Source of the DNA: Hypanus sabinus
Lineage: Eukaryota
Reading direction: 5' to 3'
Length of the DNA stretch: 64,000 nt
Assembly: GCF_030144855.1 (NCBI RefSeq)
Contig: NW_026781651.1
Span: forward strand, 434,001 to 498,000
Shown here: positions 63,290-64,000 of the stretch, one piece after another
Numbering within the stretch: position 1 is the first letter of the stretch
Layout of the letters: each line of letters begins with the position of its first letter
Notes under the pieces: generated by a model
What the model saw: the letters and a program-made list of their open reading frames with translations, nothing else
The model's database searches: none
What the model was told of the DNA's origin: nothing
Made by a program: the position numbers and the translations under genes

Positions 63290-64000
63290 TTCATTAACTG
63301 GTCACAATACAATCGTAATGCTCCTCATGCCCAGCACCCTAAAACACATATCATTGCTACTATAATTATCCCATGGGTAATCCAGCTTCCCCAGCCAGAA
63401 AACCATTCCATTATCATTTCCCGCCATTTCGGCCATGAACCAAAATCCTTATCCTTATCCCTATCTTCCTAATCTCCTTAATCTTTCCCCTTATGTGTTG
63501 ACTAAGGTCAGTTATGTTTTCTGAGGCATCGGGAATATACGTACAACATTCCTGCCCTACCACGGCGCTTGTCCCTCCTTTTTCGGCTCAGAGAATGTCC
63601 AGGGCCATTCTATTTTGGAATGCTACCATTCTAAGTGCAACTACCTCTGCTGTTAGGTCTTTCACCTGCGTCACTTCCACGTCAGTTAGGACATCGGCAG
63701 TGCCATTGGCCAATTTCTCTCGAGCAGTTGCCATATTAACAATTTCTCGCGAATTTCGGACCACGCCTTTTGAGGGAAATGCTACCATCTAAAACCTTTC
63801 ACTTTCACTTATCCCTCGCTTACTTCGCCTTCAAAAAGGAAGTTGCGTTATATCTTTTATAGGATGCATGGAGGGCACTATGTGGGCCAGATAACAGCAG
63901 CCCGTCCACTTTCCTGGGGGCACATTCCCACTTTCACCTGGCGGCCCTGGAAGCCAAGGATAAGCTCCTTCCCTTATAGCCAGTAGGTTCCATTAGGATT
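63290..64000 (-). pseudogene. env: Endogenous retrovirus envelope (SU C-terminus and TM), gamma-type, with stops and frameshift; runs off the window
   Basis: PNGTYWL..AYPWLP, WTGCCYLAHIVP, furin site RSKR, immunosuppressive domain QNRMALDIL*AEKGGT, degenerate CX6CC (SAVVGQECCTYIPD), membrane anchor WFSGWGSWITHGIIIVAMICVLG. Confidence 0.88.

Overview
Eukaryotic, repeat-dense genomic DNA, most likely from a cartilaginous fish (shark/ray). This is inferred from HER1/CR1-type LINE tails, Penelope-like elements with hammerhead-type terminal repeats, Rex/Babar and fish-type L1 elements, and a GPR139/GPR142-like receptor family. The only apparently intact host gene is a two-exon class A GPCR on the minus strand (exon 1 15643-15466, exon 2 12811-11919; 356 aa). 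A second, frameshifted two-exon paralogue lies at 57569-59737. A 5'-truncated copy of that paralogue (39027-39681) sits at the junction of a ~17.4/18.5 kb tandem segmental duplication (22289-39681 and 39682-58219). Each duplicated unit also carries a CpG-rich promoter/first-exon-like module, a frameshifted exon resembling the N-terminal domain of elasmobranch NLR proteins, a CR1 LINE and a near full-length L1 interrupted by a solo LTR. Other content: an 18 x 127 bp tandem array made from Penelope RT coding sequence, a solo LTR nested in a CR1 ORF1, a 271-N assembly gap, and the 3' end of an endogenous retrovirus (env plus 3' LTR) at the right edge. Family assignments rest on motif recognition by eye, identity figures are manual estimates, and no database search was run.
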